From an uncultured virus (IMG/VR IMGVR_UViG_3300025736_000015) (Duplodnaviria; Heunggongvirae; Uroviricota; Caudoviricetes), in IMG/VR virus record IMGVR_UViG_3300025736_000015: a stretch of DNA of 64,000 bases, one strand, 5' to 3'. This document shows positions 27,617 to 36,428 of this stretch, piece by piece (the stretch's first letter is position 1; the number at the start of each line of letters is the position of its first letter). Both the position numbers and the translations under genes were made by a program. The notes under the pieces were generated by a model that was not told the DNA's origin, did no database searches, and saw nothing but the letters and a program-made list of their open reading frames with translations.

Positions 27617-28531
27617 TTATTTTTTATATTTTTTAAGACTAACCATATGATTGCAATTGTGACATAAAATTCTAAAACCATCTGGAAAATTATTTTTTAT
27701 CAACCAATCATAAAAATTAGCATTTAGTTTTATTCTATGCTGTTTACCACCACCATTAATATGGTCAATTGTTAAAAAATCAACATCATCATGCCCGCAT
27801 AGTTTACATTTCATATTACCATCTGAATATATCTGGATAGCAATCATTCGTTTTGTTTCACGAGAAATAAGAGATTCTCTCATCTTACAAGTTTTACATC
27901 TAGCACCCAATCCATCTGTTTCATATTTACTTTTATAAAATTTATTAGGAGATAACCATTTTTTGCAATCAAAGCACCATCGTCTACCCTTTTTATCACG
28001 TTCGGTATGTTCTATTTGTTGATTTATAGGTAAATTATATTCATACATTAATTTAGAAATAAGTTCTGCACGTACACCTGCTTTTTTTCCCATTTTTTCC
28101 AGTGATAACTTGTTATCATAATGTTGTTCTACAAGCCAGTCAGGATAATGATATTCTTCTATTGTTTGCAGTTCTGATTTTAAATTTCCATTAGAATGTA
28201 TAGGAATGTTGTGTTTTTCCATTGCTCTTTTAACAAGATTGCTTTTAGAGTTTTTACTAATGCTTTTTGCAATTTTATATAACTCTAAATCAAATCCCCA
28301 ATGTTGTAGTGTTAACCAATTAATGTCATTTAATAAATAGTATTTTGCCCCATCTATTTTAGTTCTAGTAGATAGGCGTCTGGGTATGTTATGTTTTTTC
28401 ATCCAATAAGCAATACCTGCTCCATTTGTTTCTTTCAATCCAGATATTTTTTGTATTTGTCTTGTTGTTAAATCAAATCCCCAGTATTGTTCTGTAAGCC
28501 AGTTTTTATCTTTGTATACCTCATTTTGCAT
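27617..28531 (-). CDS. HNH endonuclease with three N-terminal HTH-like repeats
   Basis: WL..Q(Y/H)W/Y repeated three times; C..C Zn finger; CKLCG...LTIDHI.GGG..H...ILCHNCN. Confidence 0.85.
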   Translation of the reverse strand: MQNEVYKDKNWLTEQYWGFDLTTRQIQKISGLKETNGAGIAYWMKKHNIPRRLSTRTKIDGAKYYLLNDINWLTLQHWGFDLELYKIAKSISKNSKSNLVKRAMEKHNIPIHSNGNLKSELQTIEEYHYPDWLVEQHYDNKLSLEKMGKKAGVRAELISKLMYEYNLPINQQIEHTERDKKGRRWCFDCKKWLSPNKFYKSKYETDGLGARCKTCKMRESLISRETKRMIAIQIYSDGNMKCKLCGHDDVDFLTIDHINGGGKQHRIKLNANFYDWLIKNNFPDGFRILCHNCNHMVSLKKYKK

Positions 28532-28533
28532 AC

Positions 28534-28546
28534 TGTCAATATGTCA
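28534..28546 (-). promoter_or_regulatory. TGWCA-N3-TGWCA box directly upstream of the HNH start
   Basis: TGTCA-ATA-TGTCA on +. Confidence 0.75.
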
Positions 28547-28664
28547 CTAATAATATAAAACATTTTAGGTAGGTATGCCAAAACTATTGCACATTTTTTA
28601 AGTTTTGTTCTTTGAAAAAGTTTTTATACTGTGTATATGATTAGAAATTAGGTGAAGTGATTAA

Positions 28665-29153
28665 ATGCAAAAATTTGATAAAAAAACGTTGATATATGGT
28701 GCAGGTGCAGGATTAGGTGTAATACAAACTGTTGTATCCAGAGAATGGGGTATTTGTCCTTTGATTGGTGGATATTTGCCACCTAATTGGAATCGCAGTG
28801 GCGTTATAGGAAACATCATATTCGGTACTTTAGTCCTTGGAATATCTCAATATACAAAACTGTTTAAAAAGCATACCTACATAAAAGGAGCACTAACTGT
28901 TTATGGTATGGCAATAATCGCTGGTGGTTTTGTAAATGCACTTGTTCCTAGCTCTATACCATCGGCAGGTCAAGGCATGGCATTAAGAAGAACAGCAGGC
29001 AACGGTGTCTATACAGCTAGTTATTATCCAGGGTTTCAAGGAAATTTTTATAGAAGACCACAAAGCCCAGCAAGAGGTTTTGGTTCTGATGTAACTAGAA
29101 ATCCTATGGCAATGATTCCTACGACAATACCATATAATCAAATAGTATCTTAA
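28665..29153 (+). CDS. Multi-TM membrane protein (family M, copy 3)
   Basis: GAGAGLGVI..., LPPNW, three hydrophobic segments. Confidence 0.75.
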   Translation: MQKFDKKTLIYGAGAGLGVIQTVVSREWGICPLIGGYLPPNWNRSGVIGNIIFGTLVLGISQYTKLFKKHTYIKGALTVYGMAIIAGGFVNALVPSSIPSAGQGMALRRTAGNGVYTASYYPGFQGNFYRRPQSPARGFGSDVTRNPMAMIPTTIPYNQIVS

Positions 29154-29160
29154 AAGGATG

Positions 29161-29195
29161 AAGGCTTAAAATATTACAAGCCTTTTTTATTTTTT
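29161..29195 (+). terminator. Hairpin + T-tract between convergent genes
   Basis: AAGGCTT-N10-AAGCCTT followed by T runs. Confidence 0.55.
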
Positions 29196-29331
29196 AATTT
29201 TTTCTAGTTAAATTAAAACCACATTTTGGACATTTTTTAGCATAACAAGGACTGCCCGTAACATGTCGTTCTGTATAACCACATTTATGACAAATACAAG
29301 TTCCTTCTGGTCCTAAACCATATCTTTCCAT
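29194..29331 (-). CDS. Small Zn-ribbon protein (45 aa) of archaeal GPxGxCxCxxCG type
   Basis: MERYGLGPEGTCICHKCGYTERHVTGSPCYAKKCPKCGFNLTRKN. Confidence 0.7.
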   Translation of the reverse strand: MERYGLGPEGTCICHKCGYTERHVTGSPCYAKKCPKCGFNLTRKN

Positions 29332-29337
29332 ACAATT

Positions 29338-29493
29338 TCATCTCCTGAAAATTGATTCACCTAATTTTAAATATTGTTGCATAAGTTCTGTTAAAACAAT
29401 ATTAACTTCTCGTCCATTAGTGCGACATTTATTTGTAAATTTAATATAGAGTGACCTATTCACAGGTGTTGGTCGAGATGTTTTTGTTTTCAT
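29338..29493 (-). CDS. RHH-like small DNA-binding protein (51 aa)
   Basis: MKTKTSRPTPVNRSLYIKFTNKCRTNGREVNIVLTELMQQYLKLGESIFRR. Confidence 0.55.
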   Translation of the reverse strand: MKTKTSRPTPVNRSLYIKFTNKCRTNGREVNIVLTELMQQYLKLGESIFRR

Positions 29494-29531
29494 CAGAAAA
29501 AAACTAACAAGTAACAACTATATAAAGATTG

Positions 29532-29544
29532 TGTCATCTTGTCA
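29532..29544. promoter_or_regulatory. TGWCA-N3-TGWCA box
   Basis: TGTCA-TCT-TGTCA next to the minus-strand TTTATATA promoter of the RHH gene at 29493. Confidence 0.75.
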
Positions 29545-29700
29545 TTATGCTAATATTTTTGGTTCGAGTTCTTTTAGATACTTGTTAACTGCTTTTCTAA
29601 TAAATGATGCTCTGTTATCAAACTCTTTTTTACTTATTAAGTTATCTATCTTATCTATGTCATCTGAATCAAGTCTTGTATAGACAACTTTCTTTTGCAT
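29545..29700 (-). CDS. CopG/RHH transcriptional regulator
   Basis: MQKKVVYTRLDSDDIDKIDNLISKKEFDNRASFIRKAVNKYL. Confidence 0.85.
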   Translation of the reverse strand: MQKKVVYTRLDSDDIDKIDNLISKKEFDNRASFIRKAVNKYLKELEPKILA

Positions 29701-29807
29701 TACAATGCATAACAATCCTTGCGTATATATATCTTTTGTCAGACACATCTTTTTATATCACTATATATATTTCAACGTTAACTAAAAAAATAGAGGTGAA
29801 GTGAAAA

Positions 29808-30545
29808 ATGGTTGTATTAGGAATACAAAACGCTACCTTTGCGGAAACAGCATTAACCACTGAGGAGCAGACGCTATGGGAAACACAATATAACGACCTG
29901 TTCTTTGCCCCGTGGAGTTTTGAACGACAGTATGTAAATAGTAAAAAAACTGTTGTCGATGCGGGAATTAGAGCAGCGAAGAACGCTCTCGATGAAAAGA
30001 AATTTGGTGGATTAAACTGTGCAGACAGTGAACTTGGTATCACTACCATCCGTCCAGGACAAGTAGGTCTTGTAAACGGAGCAACACCAGAAGCTGACAA
30101 TGTATGGAAATGGAAACATGACTGTATAAAGCAAGCACAAGGTGTCGGTTTTGAGAACTGGATACACAGTCCGGCAGCAGGAGCTCCAACAACTTCATTT
30201 GCAACTCCTGAAGAAGCTTTTTACATACCACTATATATACATGAAGAAAACTGCAGTCCAAGAATACAGACTGTAAAACTTGACATTGGAAGAGCCAACA
30301 TATTGTATTATGATGTTGCAGCTTGTAGAATGCGAGATTACATATCAGGCACTAATTTGATACCTTTGCCAACAACTTTCTGGGCACCAGAAATGGATGT
30401 CAAGGTGGCATTAGGTTTCAAGATGAATGGAACTACTGAACCACGTTTAGGCGGGTTCTGCGTGGCCCTTGGGTCATTTCTTGACGCAACATACTATACT
30501 GCTAGTAGTAATTCTGTTGTAGCTGGAACAACTGCGTCCACTTAA
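29808..30545 (+). CDS. Candidate major capsid protein (single jelly-roll-like, inferred)
   Basis: Strong promoter and GAGGTGA SD; first gene of a structural operon; beta-rich C-terminal half (FATPEEAFYIP...LPTTFWAPEMDVKVAL...LGGF). Confidence 0.5.
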   Translation: MVVLGIQNATFAETALTTEEQTLWETQYNDLFFAPWSFERQYVNSKKTVVDAGIRAAKNALDEKKFGGLNCADSELGITTIRPGQVGLVNGATPEADNVWKWKHDCIKQAQGVGFENWIHSPAAGAPTTSFATPEEAFYIPLYIHEENCSPRIQTVKLDIGRANILYYDVAACRMRDYISGTNLIPLPTTFWAPEMDVKVALGFKMNGTTEPRLGGFCVALGSFLDATYYTASSNSVVAGTTAST

Positions 30546-30563
30546 TCAGGAGGCTGATTAAAA

Positions 30564-31040
30564 GTGGCACAGTTGGGACAACCAAAATCTACGGCTTTTT
30601 CCGAAGAGGATGTTTGCTTTATCAGCAAAGCCGACCCCTGTGCAATTTGGACTGGAACAAAAATATTATATTCTGGTCTTGCAGATGGTACGCCACAACA
30701 GGCAAGTGGGTATAACTTTTTAAGCGGAGAAACAGATATTGAACCAATAAATATTTCAGGTTGGGGAAGAATACGAGTTCCTGAACTGAATCAATTGCAT
30801 AAAGTATTTGTATTTCCAAAAGACCCATGTGTAATTGCAAGAGGTGATTATACTACATTAACAGTTAGCACAGCAAGTGGATACCCAGCTGGTCATGGTG
30901 GATGCAGTGGAAAAATAGGACTCATTCATTATATCAATACAGCTGCAGGAAGCGGTCAAACAGGATGTTCAGGTGAATTTGTATCAGGAACATACAACTC
31001 AGGACTGATTGACATAATTGCTGTTGGGAGTCAAATGTGA
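30564..31040 (+). CDS. Ser-Gly-rich structural protein, paralog 1 of 3
   Basis: TAFSEEDVC...WGRIRVPELNQLH...; 10 SG dipeptides. Confidence 0.8.
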   Translation: MAQLGQPKSTAFSEEDVCFISKADPCAIWTGTKILYSGLADGTPQQASGYNFLSGETDIEPINISGWGRIRVPELNQLHKVFVFPKDPCVIARGDYTTLTVSTASGYPAGHGGCSGKIGLIHYINTAAGSGQTGCSGEFVSGTYNSGLIDIIAVGSQM

Positions 31041-31051
31041 GGTGATATAAT

Positions 31052-31537
31052 ATGACATGGACACCAAAAAATGATAAACCTACGGCTTTCTCCGAAGAAG
31101 ATGTCTGTATGATTAGCAAAGCATCTCCTTGTGCAATTTGGGCAGGAACTAAAGTTCTTTATTCAGGAACTGCTCTTTCTGGAGCAGCAAGCGGATATAA
31201 CTACAAAAGTGGAGAAACAGACCTAGCACCAATAAGTTGGTCAGGATGGGGTGAAATAAGAATACCTGAATTGAACCAACTACATCATATATATGTATTT
31301 CCAAAAGACCCTTCGATAGTAGCTAGAGATTCATATACACAACTAGTGGTTAGTACTGCAAGTGGATACCCATCAGGTACTGGTGGATGTAGTGGAAAAG
31401 TAGCACTTCTCAAATATGCATCATTTTGTGCAAGCGGGGAATGGGCAACTCCAATGGGATGCTCAAACCTAATATGGGATTCGGGTTACTACAATTCTGG
31501 TCTTGTAGATGTAATTGCTTTCGGGAGTCAGATGTGA
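31052..31537 (+). CDS. Ser-Gly-rich structural protein, paralog 2 of 3
   Basis: Same motifs; 11 SG. Confidence 0.8.
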   Translation: MTWTPKNDKPTAFSEEDVCMISKASPCAIWAGTKVLYSGTALSGAASGYNYKSGETDLAPISWSGWGEIRIPELNQLHHIYVFPKDPSIVARDSYTQLVVSTASGYPSGTGGCSGKVALLKYASFCASGEWATPMGCSNLIWDSGYYNSGLVDVIAFGSQM

Positions 31538-31548
31538 GGTGATATGAT

Positions 31549-32031
31549 ATGGCACAATTAGGTCAACCAAAATCTACGGCTTTCTCCGAAGAAGATGTCT
31601 GCATAATCAGTAAAGAGCAACCCTGTGCAGTATGGGTAGGAACAAAAATACTATATTCAGGTCTAGCAGATGCAACACCACAACAAGCAAGTGGATATAA
31701 TTTTGGAAGTGGGGAATCAGATATAGAACCAGTAAGTCTTTCAGGATGGGGTAGAATAAGAGTCCCTGAACTGAGTCAGTTACATAAAGTATTTGTATTT
31801 CCAAAAGAGCCAAGATTACTTGCTGCAGATAATTATACAACGCTTACACTTGGAACAACAAGTGGTCTTCCAAGTGGAACAGGTGGATGTAGTGGAAAAG
31901 TAGCACTCATCAACTATCTGGACATCTGCAATTTGAGTACTAGTGGAGTGCATGAAGGATGTTTAGACTTTGAATCAGGAAACTGGACATCTGGACTTGT
32001 AGATATAGTTGCATTCGGAAGCCAATTCTAA
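31549..32031 (+). CDS. Ser-Gly-rich structural protein, paralog 3 of 3
   Basis: Same motifs; 10 SG. Confidence 0.8.
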   Translation: MAQLGQPKSTAFSEEDVCIISKEQPCAVWVGTKILYSGLADATPQQASGYNFGSGESDIEPVSLSGWGRIRVPELSQLHKVFVFPKEPRLLAADNYTTLTLGTTSGLPSGTGGCSGKVALINYLDICNLSTSGVHEGCLDFESGNWTSGLVDIVAFGSQF

Positions 32032-32063
32032 GCCTTTTGGCTTAGACCCTCTCTCTTTTTTTT
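32028..32063 (+). terminator. Hairpin + oligo-T terminator of the putative capsid operon
   Basis: CTAAGCC-TTTT-GGCTTAG followed by a pyrimidine/T8 tract. Confidence 0.6.
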
Positions 32064-32124
32064 AATTATTTCTAACTAATTTATACTAACCTTTTTAAAG
32101 ATATAAAACATTGACAGATTAGCA

Positions 32125-32703
32125 ATGAAACAATGCATTAAATGTAGAATGACAAAAGATGAAAGTGCTTTTTATCCAAATAGAACTAGAAAAGATGGTC
32201 TGCATAATACATGTATTCAATGTCAGAAAAAATATTATCAAGAAAATAAAGAATATTTTAAACAATATAGAAAAAACAATCCTGAAAGATTTGGTGACAA
32301 ATATTATATAAAAAAGATTGGGGATGTTCCTAAAAAAATTATAGAGATTAGAAAAAAGAGAGAAAAAAAATATTTTGAAAAGCATAAAAATACAGAAGAA
32401 TTTAAACGAAGAAAACGTAGAAATAGTAGAAATTATAGAATCAATCATCCTGAACGGGAACGCAATGGTATTTTTAAAGAAATGCAACTATCTGAAAGTT
32501 TTACTGATAAAGAATGGGAATCTAAAGTAAAAGAAACCAATGGCATTTGTTTTTTGTGTGGTCGTTTTTATGAAGAGGGATATGGATTATCATTAGACCA
32601 TAATCCACCTGTTTCTAAAGCTCCGATTGGTTTTGTATATACAATAAATGATGTTCAACCTGTTTGTCGTTCATGCAACAGTTCAAAAGGAGTATCGTTT
32701 TAA
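32125..32703 (+). CDS. HNH endonuclease
   Basis: KQCIKC..K....F.......DG....CIQC; CFLCG...LSLDH..PVSK......VQPVCRSCNSSKG. Confidence 0.85.
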   Translation: MKQCIKCRMTKDESAFYPNRTRKDGLHNTCIQCQKKYYQENKEYFKQYRKNNPERFGDKYYIKKIGDVPKKIIEIRKKREKKYFEKHKNTEEFKRRKRRNSRNYRINHPERERNGIFKEMQLSESFTDKEWESKVKETNGICFLCGRFYEEGYGLSLDHNPPVSKAPIGFVYTINDVQPVCRSCNSSKGVSF

Positions 32704-32808
32704 AAAGGTTTATATATCACTGATTTCATTAGAAATTATAGGTGAAGTGAAATTTTTAAATATTGCTTTATTTAGAACTAATAAAAAAAAGTCGAGGTGA
32801 AGTGAAAA

Positions 32809-33465
32809 ATGCTTGAAATAGAAAAATATATACCGCAAGAAAATTGGTATGTGGGCCTATTATTTTATGAAGGATATTTCTTTTTTAAAATAATTCGTAA
32901 ACAACAGCTCACTGTTAATATGCCATATGAATTTGAAGATGGAGATACAATACAACCGGATGCTACAAGTGGTTGGGAATCACCAACTGATGCACAAGGT
33001 CGTTTTTATCTTGAACCACAAGAAGAGGAAACAATTTATCAGTTTTTTACTGGGTTTTCCCCAAGTCAATCAAAAGTTTATTTGCAATACACACAACGTG
33101 AAGATAGAATGAATCTTATAACGCCACGTCCAGTGCCAGGCAATATCGGTTTCTGGGATGGTGAAATGAGTGCATATCGTGACCCATCTCCTATAACAGA
33201 GCTTTGGACGGTGCATGACCTTTATCCATATTTCAATGTGGAAAATGCTGGTGTTTCATGCGTAGCTAAAAAAATTAGCAGTAGTTTCTGGATAACAGAA
33301 TTTACTTATCAGGCAGTTAAGGATGAAGCAAAAATAAAAAGCTTTTTACGTGGAGATAAACGTTGTTCTATTAAAACAATGGGTGATGGAAGCAGACCAA
33401 TTAAAGCACCTGCGTGGCTGGTTGAAGATTATTCAGAATTTATGCTACAACCGGAGGCGGTTTAA
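32809..33465 (+). CDS. Beta-rich putative virion protein (possible second capsid protein)
   Basis: Same GAGGTGAAGTGAAAAATG leader as 29808; aromatic-rich beta pattern. Confidence 0.5.
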   Translation: MLEIEKYIPQENWYVGLLFYEGYFFFKIIRKQQLTVNMPYEFEDGDTIQPDATSGWESPTDAQGRFYLEPQEEETIYQFFTGFSPSQSKVYLQYTQREDRMNLITPRPVPGNIGFWDGEMSAYRDPSPITELWTVHDLYPYFNVENAGVSCVAKKISSSFWITEFTYQAVKDEAKIKSFLRGDKRCSIKTMGDGSRPIKAPAWLVEDYSEFMLQPEAV

Positions 33466-33466
33466 A

Positions 33467-33877
33467 ATGGCAGAAAAAACTCTTGCACATGTTCAAGAAT
33501 ATACTAAGGAAGGAAGGCTTGTAATACCTCTTGACGACCCTAGAACATCTGATTATAACAATGAAATAATTGGTAGTGGATATACTAGTGGATTTATTTA
33601 TAGTGCTTGTAGCGGTAAAGAAGTTTATATCAAGCACATGATTGTGACCGAATATAGTGGAACAGACGGGATGTTGCGTCTTAATGATGCAAGCGGTCAA
33701 ATAACACCATTTATACCAGTTGCTGCAAATACATGTGTTACTTGGGACCCAAGACCTACAGCCTGTGGACCACTTCATGCAGTTGGTGATGCATTAGAAG
33801 TATTTTGGAATACTGATGCAGCATTCTATGGCTCGTTAACATTAATAGTTCAAGTAGACCCACAAGTAGAAGAATAA
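33467..33877 (+). CDS. Small beta-sandwich putative virion protein
   Basis: Start reassigned to ATG 33467 after GGAGG; 5 SG. Confidence 0.65.
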   Translation: MAEKTLAHVQEYTKEGRLVIPLDDPRTSDYNNEIIGSGYTSGFIYSACSGKEVYIKHMIVTEYSGTDGMLRLNDASGQITPFIPVAANTCVTWDPRPTACGPLHAVGDALEVFWNTDAAFYGSLTLIVQVDPQVEE

Positions 33878-33910
33878 ACGCTTATCCTTTGATATAAAAG
33901 GAGATAAAAT

Positions 33911-34273
33911 ATGGCTGAGTTAAATTTCAGGTCAACGGTTTCTGCTTTGACAGAGAGTAGAAATACAATGTATAGTCCTGTTACAGGAATGCTTAACTCA
34001 GCAGTTCTTCATTTTCCAACTGGTTGCAATAGTCTTGTAGAAGTATTTATATATGTATATTCAAGACAATTATTGCCTTATCCAGCTGTAGGAGCGGGAG
34101 CATCTGATAATGGTATTGCTCTTGATGATGCTACGCAGTCTTTTTCTATTAGTGAATCTATTGGACAAGGTGAACCAATTGAAGTAGTTGTAAATAATCA
34201 TGATGCTGGTTTTCCGCATACTATTTCAGCAATAGTATTGATAGAAGAAGAACAAAAATATACAGGACCATAG
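33911..34273 (+). CDS. Single jelly-roll-like minor capsid/penton candidate
   Basis: SP..G.L....LHFP.GC..LV.V...LDD....F......GE.I.V...N.D...HTIS; alternating beta pattern of ~8 strands. Confidence 0.55.
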   Translation: MAELNFRSTVSALTESRNTMYSPVTGMLNSAVLHFPTGCNSLVEVFIYVYSRQLLPYPAVGAGASDNGIALDDATQSFSISESIGQGEPIEVVVNNHDAGFPHTISAIVLIEEEQKYTGP

Positions 34274-34290
34274 GAGGATTAAGATAAAAC

Positions 34291-34800
34291 ATGGTAGAAT
34301 CATGGGGAACAGGAAGACCAGATTATACTGGACAACAAACAGTAGTTGATGAAGTTACAAAGGTAAATGTAACTGCTGTTGCTTATATTTCAGGTCAACC
34401 AATTTATATGACTAGTGGTCATTTAACTGTTGTTTCAGGTGTTGTAGATGCTATTGTCAGTGGAACAGTTGTAACAAGCGTAAGTGGTCAAGCATTACAT
34501 CTTGGTGCCTCGGATACTGTTCGTACTGCTGATTTAATACGCATTACAGGTGCAAGTGGTGGGGAGCCTATTGCCAGGGTTGGTTGGTGCAGTGGAAACC
34601 TTCATAGCATACTTGTTAAAAGCATGAGTGGAAATGAAGATATTTATATTGGGGGAATAGATTGCAGGCCATATAGTGGTCATGGTTTTGCTTTATCAAT
34701 GGCTGAAGCAGTAACAGTTGACATGGATTCACCGATGAACGTATATGCTTATGCAGCCATTAGTGGACAATTTTTGACCTGGATGGGAACGGATTATTAA
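34291..34800 (+). CDS. Ser-Gly-rich spike/fibre-like protein (paralog of 42502)
   Basis: Periodic V/I-x-SG N-terminal repeats; 10 SG. Confidence 0.7.
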   Translation: MVESWGTGRPDYTGQQTVVDEVTKVNVTAVAYISGQPIYMTSGHLTVVSGVVDAIVSGTVVTSVSGQALHLGASDTVRTADLIRITGASGGEPIARVGWCSGNLHSILVKSMSGNEDIYIGGIDCRPYSGHGFALSMAEAVTVDMDSPMNVYAYAAISGQFLTWMGTDY

Positions 34801-35471
34801 TGCCAATTCTTGGTGATGATACTCATTTAGTAAATACTATTACTTCTGGTTTAGCATCATATATTAATGGCACTATTTTTACTTATACTGATGGGGATAG
34901 AGCGGTTGTTACCTCTATGTCAGCATGGGCCGATGGTGGCACTAGTATGAAACTAGCTATCTATTACGTTGAGGATGATGCTGTCACATATACTCTTTTG
35001 AAAGCAACTGAGCTTATTTCTGACACAACAGGTTTTTCTTGGAAGACAGGTAATATAGCACAGCCTTGTCCTGTGCTTAGAACAGGTAGAAGATATGTTC
35101 TTGTAGCAACTGCTAATTCAGCTGTAGGTATTGATGGTGCGTGGAATAATGCTTGGTCTGATGGTCGTGGTGAATGTATTTGGACCGGTTGGCCTGATTT
35201 ACCCGAATGTATTACTTTTGGTTCTCAACAAGCAGACCCTCCAGAAGGTAGCCCATGTCCAGAATGCATAGGATGCACTACTCAAGAAGAATGTGAAGAA
35301 AATACCTGTTTTTGGTATAGTGGTGGTTGTCATTTTTATCCAGAAGCACAATTTAGTGATTTTTTTAGTCTTGTAAATAAATATCATATCTATGCTACTT
35401 ATCATGTTCCTGGCGGTGGAGCAGGGATAACATTCAAAAAAACAGATTTGAAATTAAAACTGAAAAAATAA
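34800..35471 (+). CDS. Beta-sandwich protein with one inserted Cys/Trp repeat
   Basis: MKLAIY.. domain; CIGCTTQEECEENTCFWYSGGCH. Confidence 0.75.
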   Translation: MPILGDDTHLVNTITSGLASYINGTIFTYTDGDRAVVTSMSAWADGGTSMKLAIYYVEDDAVTYTLLKATELISDTTGFSWKTGNIAQPCPVLRTGRRYVLVATANSAVGIDGAWNNAWSDGRGECIWTGWPDLPECITFGSQQADPPEGSPCPECIGCTTQEECEENTCFWYSGGCHFYPEAQFSDFFSLVNKYHIYATYHVPGGGAGITFKKTDLKLKLKK

Positions 35472-35502
35472 ACCAATAATCTTTTAAACCATTATTATAT
35501 AT

Positions 35503-35515
35503 TGTCATCTTGTCA
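35503..35515 (+). promoter_or_regulatory. TGWCA-N3-TGWCA box at the head of the glycosylation operon
   Basis: TGTCA-TCT-TGTCA. Confidence 0.75.
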
Positions 35516-35535
35516 ATTATGAGGTGAGAAATTTT

Positions 35536-36297
35536 ATGGCAATATGGGAAAATCCAAATATTTTATCAGGCACAAGCACACAACAACAAGTTGCAGGTGC
35601 AAATAAAGCTGAACTAGGCCTTTGTATAATTCATACAGGAACAGTAAGTACTGAATGGGCAATGCGTTTCAAACTTCTTCAAATGCCACCTTTTGTTTAT
35701 GTGTTTAATCGTAATCAACCATATGATACTGCTCGTGAACAATGTACAAGAGCTGTTTTACAGAATAAAGACGTAAAATGGGTATTCCATCTGGATACAG
35801 ATGTTTTGATACCTATTGATGCAGTTCCTAAAATGATTGAATTTGCTGAACAATTTAATCTACCTGTTTTAAGTGGTCTTTATTGGGCTAAAAAACCTGG
35901 TTTGCCAATGCCTGCAGCATGGATAAAAACAGGCGAACATCCTGAAGAAATGCGATATGATTTTGCACCTATTGATGTTAAACCACATATGGATACGGGT
36001 GCCCTTCTGCCAGTAGATGTTGTTGGAGCGGGTTGTTTACTTATTAAAAGAGATGTTTTTGAAAAACTTGATAAAACAAATCCTAATAAACCATATTTCC
36101 AATGGGGTCTTGGTAGAAAAGAAAAAAGCACAGGGAAACCTCTACTTCAAATGAGTGAAGATTTTTATTTTTGTACTAGAGTTGTAGAGGAATTAAATAT
36201 TCATCCTCATCTTTGTTCTAATGTAAGATGTGACCATATTGCTACGGTTTATAGACGTGGAGAAGATGGAGAGTTTGAGCTTTCAACGAGGATATAA
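35536..36297 (+). CDS. GT-A fold glycosyltransferase (GT2-like)
   Basis: DTARE, WVFHLDTD (DxD), VDVVGAGCLLIKRDVF, SEDFYFC. Confidence 0.85.
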   Translation: MAIWENPNILSGTSTQQQVAGANKAELGLCIIHTGTVSTEWAMRFKLLQMPPFVYVFNRNQPYDTAREQCTRAVLQNKDVKWVFHLDTDVLIPIDAVPKMIEFAEQFNLPVLSGLYWAKKPGLPMPAAWIKTGEHPEEMRYDFAPIDVKPHMDTGALLPVDVVGAGCLLIKRDVFEKLDKTNPNKPYFQWGLGRKEKSTGKPLLQMSEDFYFCTRVVEELNIHPHLCSNVRCDHIATVYRRGEDGEFELSTRI

Positions 36298-36428
36298 ATG
36301 AAAAAACTTAGATGTTTACTCAGAATTCATAAGTTTAAATTTAAGTATGCTGACCACAGATATGATATATATGGATGTATCCTATGTGGCAAAGAGGCAA
36401 GAACAAGAAATTGGAGTCCTGAAACAAT

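Noticed and set aside
33350..33466. N-terminal extension of ORF 33350
   Set aside because: It overlaps the upstream gene; the SD supports ATG 33467.
26791..35471. Head-tail (Caudoviricetes) morphogenesis module
   Set aside because: No recognisable terminase, portal, HK97 capsid, tape-measure or baseplate motifs.
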